The notes beneath the pieces are model-generated. The model was not told where the DNA came from. It saw only the letters and a program-made list of their open reading frames with translations, and searched no databases. Both the position numbers and the translations under genes were made by a program. DNA of 64,000 nt from Octopus vulgaris (taxonomy: Eukaryota): assembly GCA_951406725.2 (NCBI GenBank), contig OX597820.1, forward strand, positions 17,732,001 through 17,796,000, read 5' to 3'. The stretch's first letter is position 1. Every line of letters starts with the position of its first letter. Shown in pieces: positions 1-12,338 of the stretch.

Positions 1-35
1 GAAGGCAACCATGCTAACCGTTACACCACCGACGC
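1..35 (-). tRNA. tRNA-Gly(TCC): tRNA-Gly(TCC), 5' half only (cut by window edge)
   Basis: Identical to the 5' 35 nt of the array consensus GCGTCGGTGGTGTAACGGTTAGCATGGTTGCCTTCCAAGCAGTCGATCCGGGTTCGACTCCCGGCCGACGCA. Confidence 0.9.
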
Positions 36-221
36 CGCAATAATTACGCGCGCAATATCTGAGTAAAGACTAAATCTTCGACATTGGTAACTGCTTTTCA
101 AGATTTCTTCGTTTCTCGTTTTCATAAATATTATCACAAATTACAATGCATATATACAGGACTGAAATACACACGCATGATTTAAAAGATGCATATTTGG
201 CGTATAGGCGCATGTACTGCC

Positions 222-370
222 GTGTGATAGAAGGCTTGGTCCTTTTCTATTGACCAATGTTGGCTATTGATGTCGGAGTTTCTTATGCATTTCATCCATT
301 TGCTGACAGCACTCCTACGCCGTAATGGTTTCGCCTGGATCCAAAAAGCTGTGATGGATGAGACTGGCCT
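222..370 (-). mobile_element. mariner transposase fragment (catalytic domain, degenerate)
   Basis: Paralog of 11926-12071; translates to a SLIHHSFLDPGETI...VNRKGP-like segment. Confidence 0.75.
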
Positions 371-572
371 AATTATTCAAAAAGAAAAAAAGAGTAACAC
401 GATTAGATAGAGCGAAAAACGGGCTTTAAAATGATATAGGAAGTCAAAATAATTTAACGAAAATTAATTTGAAAATACATCATTTAAAACTAAAATTAAA
501 AATTCCACAAGAACTTTCTTGACAACCTAATATATAGTAGAAAAACTAGATTCAAAGAATAAAAAACACAAT

Positions 573-644
573 TGCGTCGGCCGGGAGTCGAACCCGGATC
601 GACTGCTTGGAAGGCAACCATGCTAACCGTTACACCACCGACGC
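573..644 (-). tRNA. tRNA-Gly(TCC): tRNA-Gly(TCC), consensus copy
   Basis: 72-nt cloverleaf: acceptor stem GCGTCGG/CCGACGC, anticodon loop CTTCCAA, T-loop TTCGACT. T-run terminator downstream and TATTTA at about -30. Confidence 0.97.
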
Positions 645-1272
645 CATACGTTTACACATACTAAATATTTGAATAAATACGCAATATTCAACATTGATTT
701 CTTCTTCCTTCTTTTTCTTTGATGTCATTTCAAATTACAAAATTGCATTACTTTGTTTAGATCAGAAACATCTAACACGATGCTCGCACATGCGTGTGTG
801 TTTCTTTGTGCTTGCTCGTCCACTCTACTTGATAACCGATGCCGGTTTGTTTACGTCTTCGTAACTTAGCTGCTCGGCAAAAGACGGGGATGGAATAAGT
901 ACTAGACATGAGAAAAGGAAAAGTATTTGGGTTGATTTTTTTCGTCTACGACCCTTTAAGGAGATGTCCCAGTAAAAACGGACGAAATGCCGCTAAGCAT
1001 TTCGTCCGTTCTTACTGGGGCGTCCGTCTTTATGTTGCGAGTTCAAATTCGGACGAGGTTGAATTTGCCTTTTATCCTTTCGGGATCGATAAAATAAGTA
1101 CCAGTTGAGCACTGGGGTTGATGTAGCCCACTAGACCCCTCCACCAAATTTCAAGCCTTGTGCAAGGAGTAGAACGGGTTATTACTACTGCCATTTTTAC
1201 CTTAAATCTGCATTTTGAGATGTTTGATATAAACACGTGATTCAAAGGATAAAAGTAATGCATTTAAAACAT

Positions 1273-1344
1273 TGCGTCGGCCGGGAGCCGAACCCGGATC
1301 GACTGCTTGGAAGGCAACCATGCTAACCGTTACACCACCGACGC
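1273..1344 (-). tRNA. tRNA-Gly(TCC): tRNA-Gly(TCC), T-loop variant (TTCGGCT)
   Basis: One substitution in the B-box/T-loop relative to the consensus. Confidence 0.85.
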
Positions 1345-1491
1345 TGCACGCCTTTTTACCCGAAATATCTGATTAAATCTTAAATCTTCACATTGATGAA
1401 CGTCTTGCTCTTCAAGATTTCTTCGTTTTCTGTTTTCTTAAATATTATCACTAATTACAATGCATCTGCAGGATTGAAATATACACGCATG

Positions 1492-1584
1492 GGATCTTTT
1501 CGGTTTGAACGGCAGTTTTTAACATAATTTCTAGGTAACTAAATCATTTTAAACTTCGTATACTGGTAGAATGTGTTTATAAAA
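1492..1584 (+). mobile_element. truncated MITE (left TIR only)
   Basis: Starts with the GGATCTTTTCGGTTTGAACGGCAGTTTTT terminus, then is deleted into the adjacent SINE. Confidence 0.75.
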
Positions 1585-1921
1585 TCAACGGAACAGCCTG
1601 CTCGTGAAATTAACGTGTAAGTGGCTGAGCAATCCACAGACACGTTTACCCTTAACGTAGTTCACGGGGAGATTCAGCGTGACACAGAGAGTGACAAGGC
1701 CGGCCCTTTGAAATACAGGTACAACAGAAAAGGAAGTAAGAGTGAGAGAAAGTTGCGGTGAAAGTGTACAGCAGGGATCACCACCATCCCCTGCCGGAGC
1801 CTCATGGAGCTTTAAGTGTTTTCGCTCAAAAAACACTCACAACGCCCGGTCTGGGAATCGAAACCGCCATCCTATGACCGCGAGTCCGCTGCCCTAACCA
1901 CTGGGACATTGCGCCTCCACT
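1585..1921 (-). mobile_element. tRNA-derived SINE (family C, GTGGAGGCGCAATGG head), 3'-truncated
   Basis: A-box/B-box head (CAGTGGTTAGG...GGTTTCGATTCCC); same insertion point (CTACCGCTAA) as the copies at 5212 and 7412. Confidence 0.8.
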
Positions 1922-2240
1922 CTACCGCTAAACCATCTGTGCTACACTATTAAAGGAGCTTGTGTGTGTGCGTATGTGTGCGTGTGTGTGTGTGTATGTG
2001 CGTGCGTGTGTGTGAGTCTGGCCCACCACAGCTTGATAACCGCTATCGGTTTGTTTACATGGACGTAACTTCGCTGTTATGCAAGGAAGACTGACAGACG
2101 AAGCGCCAGACTGTACTATGGCCGATTTGTTCGATTAGAAACTTTCAAAATCAATTCTCCAGTCTGGCTGCAATCCAGTGATTGCACCAAAATGAAAGAT
2201 ATATAGTAGAAAAACTAGATTCAAAGGATAAAAACACAAT

Positions 2241-2312
2241 TGCGTCTGCCAGGTGTCGAACCCGGATCGACTGCTTGGAAGGCAACCATGCTAACCGTTA
2301 CACCACCGACGC
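2241..2312 (-). pseudogene. tRNA-Gly(TCC): tRNA-Gly(TCC), likely pseudogene
   Basis: Three substitutions in the acceptor stem and T-arm; the upstream TATA-like block is deleted. Confidence 0.75.
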
Positions 2313-2775
2313 TGCACGTACACAGCTCCATTTTCTTAAATATTATCACAAATTACAATTAATATATAGGACTGAAATATACACGCATGATTTTTTAAAA
2401 TGTATATTTACGTATAAGCGTAGGTACTGCCGTGTGGTAAGAGGGTCGCTTCTAAATCACATAATTTCGGTTTCAGTCCCACTGCATGGCACCTTGGGAA
2501 AATGTCTTCTATTGTAATAGTAGTAGTGTGTGTGTCTGTCCCAACCCCGCTTGATAACACTATCGGTTTGTTTGAGTCGAAGTAACTTAGCAGTTAAACA
2601 AAGAAGATTGATAGACCAAGAGCCAGACTTTACAAAATAAGTACTACGTCCGATTTGTTCGATTAAACCCCACCAAAATCGATACTCCACTATGGCTGCA
2701 ATCCAATGACTGCACCAAAATAAGAAATATATAGTAGAAAAACCGGAGATTCATCCGATAAAAACCTACAAATAT

Positions 2776-2847
2776 TGCGTCGGCCGGGAGTCGAACCCGG
2801 ATCGACTGCTTGGAAGGCAACCATGCTAACCGTTACACCACCGACGC
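2776..2847 (-). tRNA. tRNA-Gly(TCC): tRNA-Gly(TCC), consensus copy
   Basis: Exact match to the 72-nt consensus. Confidence 0.97.
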
Positions 2848-3433
2848 CATATAGTTATGAATACTAAATATTTGAATAAATACGCAATATTCAACATTAA
2901 TTTCTTATTCCCTCTTTTTTTTTGATGTCATTTCAAATTACTAAATTACATTACTTTACTAAGAACAGAAACATCTGACACGATGCTTGCGCATGCGTGT
3001 GTGTTTATTTATGCATGTTCCCCTACTCTACTTGATAACCGATGTCGGTTTGTTTACGTCTTCGTAACTTAGCTGTTCGGCAAAAGACAGGGATAGAATA
3101 AGTACCAGACATGAGAAAAGAAAATTGATTTGTTCGTCTACGACCCTTTAAGGTAAGCATTTCGTTCGTTTTTACTGGGGCATCTCCTCCTTTCCACCGT
3201 CTATATGTTCTGAGTTCAAATTCGGACGAGGTTGAATTTGTCTTTCATCTTTTTGGGATCGATAAAATAAGTACCAGTTGAGCACTGGGGTTGATGTAGC
3301 CGTCTAGCCCCCTCCACCAAATTTCAAGCCTTGTGCATAGAGTAGAATGGGTTATTATTATTCTCAGTTTTGCTTTAAATCAGCATGTTTACCTTTTGAG
3401 ATTCAAAGGATAAAATTAATGTATTTAAAACAT

Positions 3434-3504
3434 TGCGTCGGCCGGGAGTCGAACCCGGATCGACTGCTTGGAAGGCAACCATGCTAACCGTTACACCACG
3501 GCGC
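3434..3504 (-). pseudogene. tRNA-Gly(TCC): tRNA-Gly(TCC) with damaged 5' acceptor strand
   Basis: 1-nt deletion plus a substitution in the 5' acceptor strand (GCGCCG-TGG). Confidence 0.75.
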
Positions 3505-3848
3505 TCTGCTGCTGCTATCTTTAAATATTTGCATAAATATTAAATATTTGTCATTGTGAAAGTCTTACTTCTCATAATTTCTTAGTCTCGCGTTTTCTTG
3601 AATTTAATTTTAAACTACAAATTTTTATTCAGACCAGTGACGTCTGCTGACCACTTTAAAAGGGGGCGATGAGCTGGTAGAATCGTTTGAATGCCGGACA
3701 ACATGCTTAGCGGCATTTCGTCCGTTTTCACGTTCTGAGTTCAAATCCCACCGAGGTTGATTTCAGGGTCGATAAAATAAGTAAAATTTGAACAGCACAA
3801 AAATAAGATATAGTGGAAAAATCCTAGATGCAACGGATAAAATGCAAT

Positions 3849-3920
3849 TGCGTCGGCCGGGAGTCAAACCAGGATCGACTGCTTGGAAGGCAACCATGCT
3901 AACAGTTATACCACCAACGC
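3849..3920 (-). pseudogene. tRNA-Gly(TCC): tRNA-Gly(TCC) pseudogene
   Basis: Five substitutions, including the B-box (TTTGA) and the D-loop GG; the 5' spacer is largely deleted. Confidence 0.85.
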
Positions 3921-4093
3921 TGCACAAATATCTCTTTAAATACTAAATCTTCGACATTGGTGAAAGTCTTGCTCTTCAAGTTTTCGTTTCTTGTTTTCAT
4001 AAATATTATCACAAATTACAATGCATATACAGGGCTAAAATACACACGCATAATTTAAAAGATGCATATTTGACGAATGGGTGCAGGTACTGC

Positions 4094-4240
4094 CGTGTGA
4101 TAGAAGGATTGGTCCTTTTCTATTGACCAATGCTGGCTGTTGTCGGGGTTTCTTATGCATTTCATCCATTTGCTGACAGTGCATTTCTGCCGTAGTGGTT
4201 TCGCCTGGATCCAAAAAGCTGTGACGGATGAGACTGGCCT
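4094..4240 (-). mobile_element. mariner transposase fragment (degenerate)
   Basis: Paralog of 11926-12071. Confidence 0.75.
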
Positions 4241-4408
4241 AATTATTCAAAAAGAAAGAGTAACACGATTAGATAGAGCGAAAAACGGGCTTTAAAATGG
4301 TATATAAAGTCAAAGTAATTTAACGAAAATTAATTTGAAAATACACCATTTAAAACTAAAATTCCACAAGAACTTTCTTGACAACATATAGCAGAAAAAC
4401 TGGATTCA

Positions 4409-4428
4409 CCGGAAGTCGAAACCGACGC
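4409..4428 (-). pseudogene. tRNA-Gly remnant with large internal deletion
   Basis: ccggaagtcgaa|accgacgc is a T-arm piece fused to the 5' end, sitting in the normal tRNA slot of the unit. Confidence 0.7.
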
Positions 4429-4576
4429 TGCACAGAGATGTACTCGATATATCTGATTAAATACTAAATCTCCAACATTGGTGAAATTCTTGCTCTTCAA
4501 GTTTTCTTCGTTTCCCGTTTTCTTAAATATTATCACAAATTACAATGCATATGCAGGATTGAAATATACACGCATG

Positions 4577-4968
4577 GCATCCTTTCGGTTTCAACGGCAG
4601 TTTTTAACATAATTTCTAGATAACTAAAACATTTTAAACTTCGTATACTGGTAGAATGTGTTTATAAAACATCTTTTTCTCTTGACTTTATTGAGAAAAT
4701 TGTATAATTTGTAAGATATTTGGTCTCTAATTTCTTGCATTTCGGCAATTTCAATCAATCAATGGCCGTCTATTGAGGTAAAAACATTCTGTGCCGTCTC
4801 GTTTAAGAAACAGATTGGGTTTATTTACGGTTATACATTTGTGCCCACCCCTAACCCTAACCCTAAAACAGATTGAAATGCAATAGATCGATACTAGGGT
4901 CATAATTATGGGTGACAATATCATATGACACCGCTAGAAAAAAACTGCCGTTCAAACCGAAAAGATCC
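4577..4968 (+). mobile_element. MITE with ~29-bp TIRs and internal (CCCTAA)n
   Basis: TIRs G(C/G)ATCYTTTCGGTTTSAACGGCAGTTTTT and AAAAACTGCCGTTCAAACCGAAAAGATCC. Confidence 0.85.
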
Positions 4969-5211
4969 GGCGTATGTACTGCCGTGGGGTAAGAGGGTCG
5001 CTTCTAAATCATATAATTTCGGTTTCAGTCCCACTGCGTGTCACCTTGGGCGAATATCGCTGAGAGTCACACAGGCGTCTAGAGATGTTGCGTGTCAGTC
5101 GCCAACTGATTCCGCTAACGGCTGAAAAGACGCCACCTACAGGAATGGTTGCCAAGGGAGGTTACCCAATCGTGTTGTTTACGGAAGGAATGCGATCGCT
5201 ACTACCGCTAA

Positions 5212-5548
5212 TGGAAGCACTCCGTCGGTTACGACGACGAGGGTTCCGGTTGATCCGAATCAACGGAACAGCCTGCTCTTGAAATTAACGTGTGAGTGGC
5301 TGAGCACTCCACAGATACGTGTACGCTTAACGTAGTTCTCGGGGATATTCAGCGTGACACAGAGAGTGACAAGGTCGGCCCTTTGAAATACAAGGTACAA
5401 CAGAAACAGGAAGTAAGAGTGAGAGAAAGTTGCGGTGAAAGAGTACAGCAGGGATCACCACCATCCCCTGCCAGAGCCTCGTGGAGCTTTAAGTGTTTTC
5501 GCTCAATAAACACTCACAACGCCCGGTCTGGGCCATTGCGCCTCCACT
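5212..5548 (-). mobile_element. SINE family C with 10-bp TSD
   Basis: TSD CTACCGCTAA at 5202-5211 and 5549-5558; empty sites at ~9846 and ~18779. Confidence 0.85.
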
Positions 5549-5895
5549 CTACCGCTAAACCAGCTGTGCTACACTATTATAGGAGCTTGTGTGTGTGCGC
5601 ATGTGTGCGTGTGTGTGTCTGTGTGTGTGTGTGTGTTTGTGTGTGTATGTGTGTGTGTGTGGTGTGTATGAGTCTGGCCCACCACCGCTTGATAACCACT
5701 ATCGGCTTGTTTACATAGACGTAACTTCGCTGTTATGCAAGGAAGACTGACAGACGAAGTGCCAGACTGTACTATGGCCGATTTGTTCTATTAGAAACTT
5801 TCAAAATCAATTCTCCAGTCTGGCTGCAATCCAGTGATTGCACCAAAATAAGAGATATATAGTAGAAAACTAGATTCAAAGGATCAAAACACAAT

Positions 5896-5967
5896 TGCGT
5901 CGGCCGGGAGTCGAACCCGGATCGACTGCTTGGAAGGCAACCATGCTAACCGTTACACCACCGACGC
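5896..5967 (-). tRNA. tRNA-Gly(TCC): tRNA-Gly(TCC), consensus copy
   Basis: Exact consensus. Confidence 0.97.
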
Positions 5968-6541
5968 TGCACGTACACAACCCCGAAATATCTGATTAAA
6001 TACTAAATCTTCAACATTAGTGAAAGTTTTGCTCTTCAAGATTTCTTTGATTTCCATTTTCTTAATTATTATCACAAATTACAATTAATATATAGGACTG
6101 AAATATACACGCATGATTTTAAGAAATGTATATTTACGTATAGGCGCAGGTACTGCCGTGTGGTAAGAGGGTCGCTTCCAAAGCACCTAGTTTCGGTTTC
6201 AGTCCCACTGAGTGGCACCTTGGGCAAATGTATTCTATTATAATAGTAGTAGCAGTGTGTGTGTGCGTCTGGCCCAACCCAGCTTGATAACACTATCGGT
6301 TTGTTTGAGTCTAAGTAACTTAGCAGTTAAACAAAGATGACTGATAGACCAAGCAGCAGACTTTACAAATAAGTACTATGTCCGATTAAAACCTTTCAAA
6401 ATCGATACTCCAGTATGACTGTAATACAATGACAGCACCAAAATAAGATATATATAACAGATATATATAAGATATATATAACAGAAAATAAGATATATAT
6501 AACAGAAAAATCCTAGATGCAACAGATAAAATGTTTAACAA

Positions 6542-6613
6542 TGCGTCGGCCGGGAGTCGAACCCGGATCGACTGCTTGGAAGGCAACCATGCTAACCGTT
6601 ACACCACCGACGC
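6542..6613 (-). tRNA. tRNA-Gly(TCC): tRNA-Gly(TCC), consensus copy
   Basis: Exact consensus. Confidence 0.97.
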
Positions 6614-6761
6614 TGCACGCAATTCTACCCGAAATATCTGATTAAATCTGAAATCTTCGACATTGATGAACGTCTTGCTCTTCAAGATTTCTTCGTTTCC
6701 CGTTTTCTTAAATATTATCACAAATTACAATGCATATACAGGATTGAAATATACACGCATG

Positions 6762-7169
6762 GGATCTTTTCGGTTTCAACGGCAGTTTTTAACATAATTT
6801 CTAGGCAACATTTTAAACTTCGTATACTCGTAGAATGTATTTATAAAACATCTTTTTCTCTTGGCTTTATTGAGAAAATTGTATAATTTGTAAGATATTT
6901 GGTCTCTAATTTCTTGTATTTCGGCAATTTCAATCAATCAATGGCCGTCTATTGAGGTAAAAACATTCTGTGCCGTCTCGTTTAAGAAACAGATTGGGTT
7001 TATTTACGGTTATACATTTGTGAAGAAAAAAAGATACCCTTCCCCCCACCCCTAACCCTAACCCTAAAACAGATTGAAATGCAATAGATAGATACTAGGG
7101 TCATAATTATGGGTGACAATATCATATGACACCGCTAGAAAAAAACTGCCGTTCAAACCGAAAAGATCC
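6762..7169 (+). mobile_element. MITE with ~29-bp TIRs and internal (CCCTAA)n
   Basis: GGATCTTTTCGG...CCGAAAAGATCC inverted termini. Confidence 0.85.
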
Positions 7170-7411
7170 GGCGTATGTACTGCCGTGTGGTAAGAGGGTC
7201 GCTTCTAAATCATATATTTCGGTTTCAGTCCCACTGCGTGTCACCTTGGGCAAATATCGCTGAGAGTCACACAGGCATCTAGAGATGTTGCGTGTCAGTC
7301 GCCAACTGATTCCGCTAACGGCTGAAAAGACGCCACCTACAGGAATGGTTGCCAAGGGAGGTTACCCAATCGTGTTGTTTACGGAAGGAATGCGATCGCT
7401 ACTACCGCTAA

Positions 7412-7748
7412 TGGAAGCACTCCGTCGGTTACGACGACGAGGGTTCCGGTTGATCCGATTCAACGGAACAGCCTGCTCGTGAAATTAACGTGTGAGTGGC
7501 TGAGCACTCCACAGATACGTGTACGCTTAACGTAGTTCTCGGGGATATTCAGCGTGACACAGAGAGTGACAAGGCCGGCCCTTTGAAATAGAAGGTACAA
7601 CAGAATCAGGAAGTAAGAGTGAGAGAAAGTTGCGGTGAAAGAGTACAGCAGGGATCACCACCATCCCCTGCCGGAGCCTCGTGGAGCTTTAAGTGTTTTC
7701 GCTCAATAAACACTCACAACGCCCGGTCTGGGCCATTGCGCCTCCACT
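7412..7748 (-). mobile_element. SINE family C (duplicate of the 5212 copy)
   Basis: Same TSD and same internal head deletion, 2200 bp downstream. Confidence 0.85.
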
Positions 7749-8104
7749 CTACCGCTAAACCAGCTGTGCTACACTATTATAGGAGCTTGTGTGTGTGCGC
7801 ATGTGTGCGTGTGTGTGTCTGTGTGTGTGTGTGTTTGTGTGTTTGTGTGTGTATGTGTGTGTGTGTGTGGTGTGTATGAGTTTGGCCCACCACCGCTTGA
7901 TAACCACTATCGGCTTGTTTACGTAGACGTAACTTCGCTGTTATGCAAGGAAAACTGACAGACGAAGCGCCAGACTGTACTGTGGCCGATTTGTTCGATT
8001 AGAAACTTTCAAAATCAATTCTCCAGACTGGCTGCAATCCAGTGATTGCACCAAAATAAAAGATATATAGTAGAAAAACTAGATTCAAAGGATAAAAACA
8101 CAAT

Positions 8105-8176
8105 TGCGTCGGCCGGGAGTCGAACCCGGATCGACTGCTTGGAAGGCAACCATGCTAACCGTTACACCACCGACGC
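8105..8176 (-). tRNA. tRNA-Gly(TCC): tRNA-Gly(TCC), consensus copy
   Basis: Exact consensus. Confidence 0.97.
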
Positions 8177-8960
8177 TGCACGTACACAACCCCGAAATAT
8201 CTGATTAAATACTAAATCTTTGACATTGGTGAAAGTTTTGCTCTTCAAGATTTCTTTGATTTCCATTTTCTTAAATATTATCACAAATTACAATTAATAT
8301 ATAGGACTGAAATATACACGCATGATTTTTAAAAATGTATATTTACGTATAGGCGCAGGTACTGCCGTGTGGTAAGAGAATCGCTTCTAAATCACATTGT
8401 TTCGGTTTCAGTCCCACTGAGTGGCACCTTGGGCAAATGTCTTCTATTATAATAGTAGTAGCAGTGTGTGTGTGCGTCTGTCGCACCCCGCTTGATAACA
8501 CTATCAACATTGAATCGAAGTAACTTAGCAGTTAAACAAAGAAGATGGATAGACCAAGCGCCAAACTTTACAAAATAAGTACTATATCCGATTAAAACCT
8601 TTCAAAATCGATACTCCAATATGGCCGTCGCATCTTTTGTATGTTGTACTTTCTACACGTATACATATATTTAGTGTACCTATGTCTTTTAAGTCGTCAG
8701 TATGTGCATTTATAAACAGAGCGTTATATCCACCTTGTATTTATTTTTATACTCGTACATATATTTCCATGATTATATTTTCTAATAGAGAGTGGAAAGA
8801 AAATTATATTCACTATTTCTTTGCTTTTAAATATAAATTAAAATTTATTTAGTTATATAAAGTATAACATTACTGTCATCAACGTGTGTCACTCACTCTG
8901 TTAATCCAAAAGAAGCTATAGTAGAAAAATCCTAGATGCAACGGATAAAATATTTAACAT

Positions 8961-9032
8961 TGCGTCGGCCGGGAGTCGAACCCGGATCGACTGCTTGGAA
9001 GGAAACCATGCTAACCGTTACACCACCGACGC
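8961..9032 (-). tRNA. tRNA-Gly(TCC): tRNA-Gly(TCC), anticodon-stem variant
   Basis: GTTGC->GTTTC breaks one anticodon-stem pair. Confidence 0.8.
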
Positions 9033-9180
9033 TCCACGCGGCTCTGCCCGAAATATCTGATGAAATCTTAAATCTTCGACATTGATGAACGTCTTGCGCT
9101 TCAAGTTTTCTTCGTTTCCCGTTTTCTTAGATATTATCACAAATTACAATGCATATGCACGATTGAAATATACACGCATG

Positions 9181-9612
9181 GGATCTTTTCGGTTTGAACG
9201 GCAGTTTTTAACATAATTTCTAGGTAGCTAAAACATTTTAAACTTCGTACACTGGTAGAATGTATTTATAAAACATCTTTTTCTCTTGGCTTTATTGAGA
9301 AAATTCTATAGTTTGTAAGATATTTGGTCTCTAATTTCTTGTATTTCGGCAATTTCAACCAATCAATGACAGTCTATTGAGGTGAAAACATTCTGTGTCG
9401 TATGAATATGCCCCTCGTTTAAGAGACAGATTGGGTTTATTTACATTTGTGAAGAAAAAAAGATACCCTTTTCTCCACCCCTAACCCTAACTAACCCTAA
9501 CCCTAACCCTAAAACATTGAAATGCAATAGATCGATACTAGGGTCATAATTATGGGTGACAATTTCATATAACACCGCTAGAAAAAAACTGCCGTTCAAA
9601 CCGAAAAGATCC
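9181..9612 (+). mobile_element. MITE with ~29-bp TIRs and internal (CCCTAA)n
   Basis: Perfect TIR pair; CCCTAA repeats at ~9478-9513. Confidence 0.85.
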
Positions 9613-10118
9613 GGCGTATGTACTGCCGTGTGGTAAGAGGGTCGCTTCTAAATCATATAATTTCGGTTTCAGTCCCACTGCGTGGCACCTTGGGCAAATA
9701 TCGCTGACAGTCACACACGCGTCTAGAGATGTTGCGTGTCAGTCGCCAAGTGATTCCGCTAACGGCTGAAAAGACGCCACCTACCGGAATGGTTGCCAAG
9801 GGAGGTTACCCAATCGTGTTGTTTACGGAAGGAATGCGATCGCTACTACCGCTGAACCATCTGTGCTAAACTATTATAGGAGCTTGTGTGTGTGTGTGTG
9901 TATGAGTCTGGCCCACCACCGCTTGATAACCGCTATCGGCTTGTTATGCAAGGAAGACTGAAAGACCAGGCGCGAGACTTTACAAAATATGTACTATGGC
10001 CGATTTGTTCGATTAGAAACTTTCAAAATCAATTTTCCACTCTGGCTGCAATCCAATGACTGCACCAAAATAAAAGATATATAGTAGAAAAACTAGATTC
10101 AAAGGCTAAAAATACAAC

Positions 10119-10190
10119 TGCGTCGGCCGGGAGTCGAACCCGGATCGACTGCTTGGAAGGCAACCATGCTAACCGTTACACCACCGACGC
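10119..10190 (-). tRNA. tRNA-Gly(TCC): tRNA-Gly(TCC), consensus copy
   Basis: Exact consensus. Confidence 0.97.
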
Positions 10191-10726
10191 CTCACGTACA
10201 TATCATGAAATATCTTGATAAATACTAAATCTCCAACATTGGTGAAAGATTTTGCTTTTCAAGATTTCTTTGGTTTCCATTTTCTTAAATATTATCACAA
10301 ATTACAATTAATATAGAGGACTGAAATATACACGCATGATTTTTAAAAATGTATATTTACTTATAGGCGCAGGTACTGCCATGTGGTAAGAGGGTCGCTT
10401 CTAAATCACATATTTTCGGTTTCAGTCCCACTGCATGGCACCTTGGGCAAATGTCTTCTATTGTAATAGTAGTAGTGTGTATGTCTGTCCCAACCCCGCT
10501 TGATAACACTATCGGTTTGTTTGAGTCGAAGTAACTTAGCAGTTAAACAAAGGAGATTGATAGACCAAGAGCCTGACTTTACAAAATAAGTACTATGTTG
10601 ATTTTTTTTATTACAACCCACCAAAATCGATACTCCAGTATGGCTGCAATCCAATGACTGCACCAAAATAAGATATATATATATAGTAGAAAAACCAGAG
10701 ATTCATCCGATAAAAATTATTAATAT

Positions 10727-10798
10727 TGCGTCGGCCGGGAGTCGAACCCGGATCGACTGCTTGGAAGGCAACCATGCTAACCGTTACACCACCGACGC
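10727..10798 (-). tRNA. tRNA-Gly(TCC): tRNA-Gly(TCC), consensus copy
   Basis: Exact consensus. Confidence 0.97.
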
Positions 10799-11383
10799 CA
10801 TACAGTTATGAGTACTAAATATTTGTATAAATATGCAATATTCAACATGATTTCTTCTTCCCTCTTTTTCTTTGATGTCATTTCAAATTACTAAATTACA
10901 TTACTTTACTAAGAACAGAAACATCTGACACGATGCTCGCGCATGCGTGTGTGTTTATTTGTGCATGCTCCCCTACTCTACTTGATAACCGATGTCGGTT
11001 TGTTTACCTCTTCGTAACTTAGCTGTTCGGCAAAAGACGGATAGAATAAGTACCAGACATGAGAAAAGAAAATTGATCTGTTCGTCTACGACCCTTTAAG
11101 GAAGAAATGCTTAGCGGCATTTCGTCCGTTTTTACTGGGGCATCTCCTCCTTTCCACCGACTTTATGTTCTGAGTTCAAATTCGGACGAGGTTGAATTTG
11201 TCTTTCATCCTTTTGGAATCGATAAAATAAGTACTAGTGGAGCACTGGGGTTGATGTAGCCGACTAGCCCCCTCCATCAAATTTCAAGCCTCGTGCATGG
11301 GTTATTATTATTCTCATTTTCACTTTAAATCTGCATGTTTACCTTTTGAGATTGAATGGATAAAATTAATGTAATTAAAACAT

Positions 11384-11398
11384 TGCGTCGGCCGGGAG
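11384..11398 (-). pseudogene. tRNA-Gly 3'-end remnant at a deletion junction
   Basis: tgcgtcggccgggag is fused directly to SINE sequence (gcagatgtcttc). Confidence 0.7.
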
Positions 11399-11664
11399 GC
11401 AGATGTCTTCTATTATAATTGTAGTAGTAGGGTGTATGTGCGTCTGGTCCAACCCCGCTTGATAACACTATCGGTTCATTTGAGTCGAAGTAACTTCGAA
11501 GTTAAACAAAGATGAATAACAGACCAAGCGCCAGACTTTACAAAATACTATGTCCGATTAAAACCTTTCAAAATCGATACTCCAATATGGCTGTAATATA
11601 ATGACAGCACCAAAATAAGATATAGTAGAAAAATCCTTGATGCAACGGATAAAATACCTAACAT

Positions 11665-11736
11665 TGCGTCGGCTGGGAGTCGAACCCGGATCGACTGCTT
11701 GGAAGGCAACCATGCTAACCGTTACACCACCGACGC
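11665..11736 (-). tRNA. tRNA-Gly(TCC): tRNA-Gly(TCC), T-stem variant
   Basis: One G->A change in the T-stem. Confidence 0.85.
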
Positions 11737-11925
11737 TGCACAAGGTTTTGTCCGAAATATCTCTTTAAATACTAAATCTTCGACATTGGTGAAAGTCTTG
11801 CTCTTCAAGTTTTCTTCGTTTCTCGTTTTCATAAATATTATCACAAATTACAATAAATATACAGGACTGAAATACACACGCATGATTTAAAAGATGCATA
11901 TTTGACGAATGGGCGCAGGTACTGC

Positions 11926-12071
11926 CGTGTGGTAGAAGGATTGATCCTTTTCTATTGACCAATGCTGGCTGTTGTCGGGGTTTCTTATGCATTTCATCCA
12001 TTTGCTGACAGTACTTCTCCGCCACAATGGTTTCGCCTGGATCCAAAAAGCTGTGATGGATGAGACTGGCC
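11926..12071 (-). mobile_element. mariner (Hsmar1/Mos1-type) transposase fragment
   Basis: Translation SLIHHSFLDPGETIVAEKYCQQMDEMHKKPRQQPALVNRKGSILLPH resembles the mariner GLIHYSFLNPGETITSEKY...LVNRKGPILLHDNARPH segment. No TIRs. Confidence 0.85.
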
Positions 12072-12266
12072 TAATTATTCAAAAAGAAAGAGTAACACGA
12101 TTAGATAGAGCGAAAAACGGGCTTTAAAATGAATGGTATATAAAGTCAAAGTAATTTAACGAAAATTAATTTGAAAATACATCATTGAAAACTAAAATTC
12201 CACAAGAACTTTCTTGACAACCTAATATATAGTAGAAAAACTAGATTCAAATGATAAAATAACCAT

Positions 12267-12338
12267 TGCGTCGGTCGGGAGTCGAACCCGGATCGACTGC
12301 TTGGAAGGCAACCATGCTAAACGTTACACCACCGACGC
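12267..12338 (-). tRNA. tRNA-Gly(TCC): tRNA-Gly(TCC), two substitutions (possible pseudogene)
   Basis: T-stem G->A and D-loop GG->GT. Confidence 0.7.
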
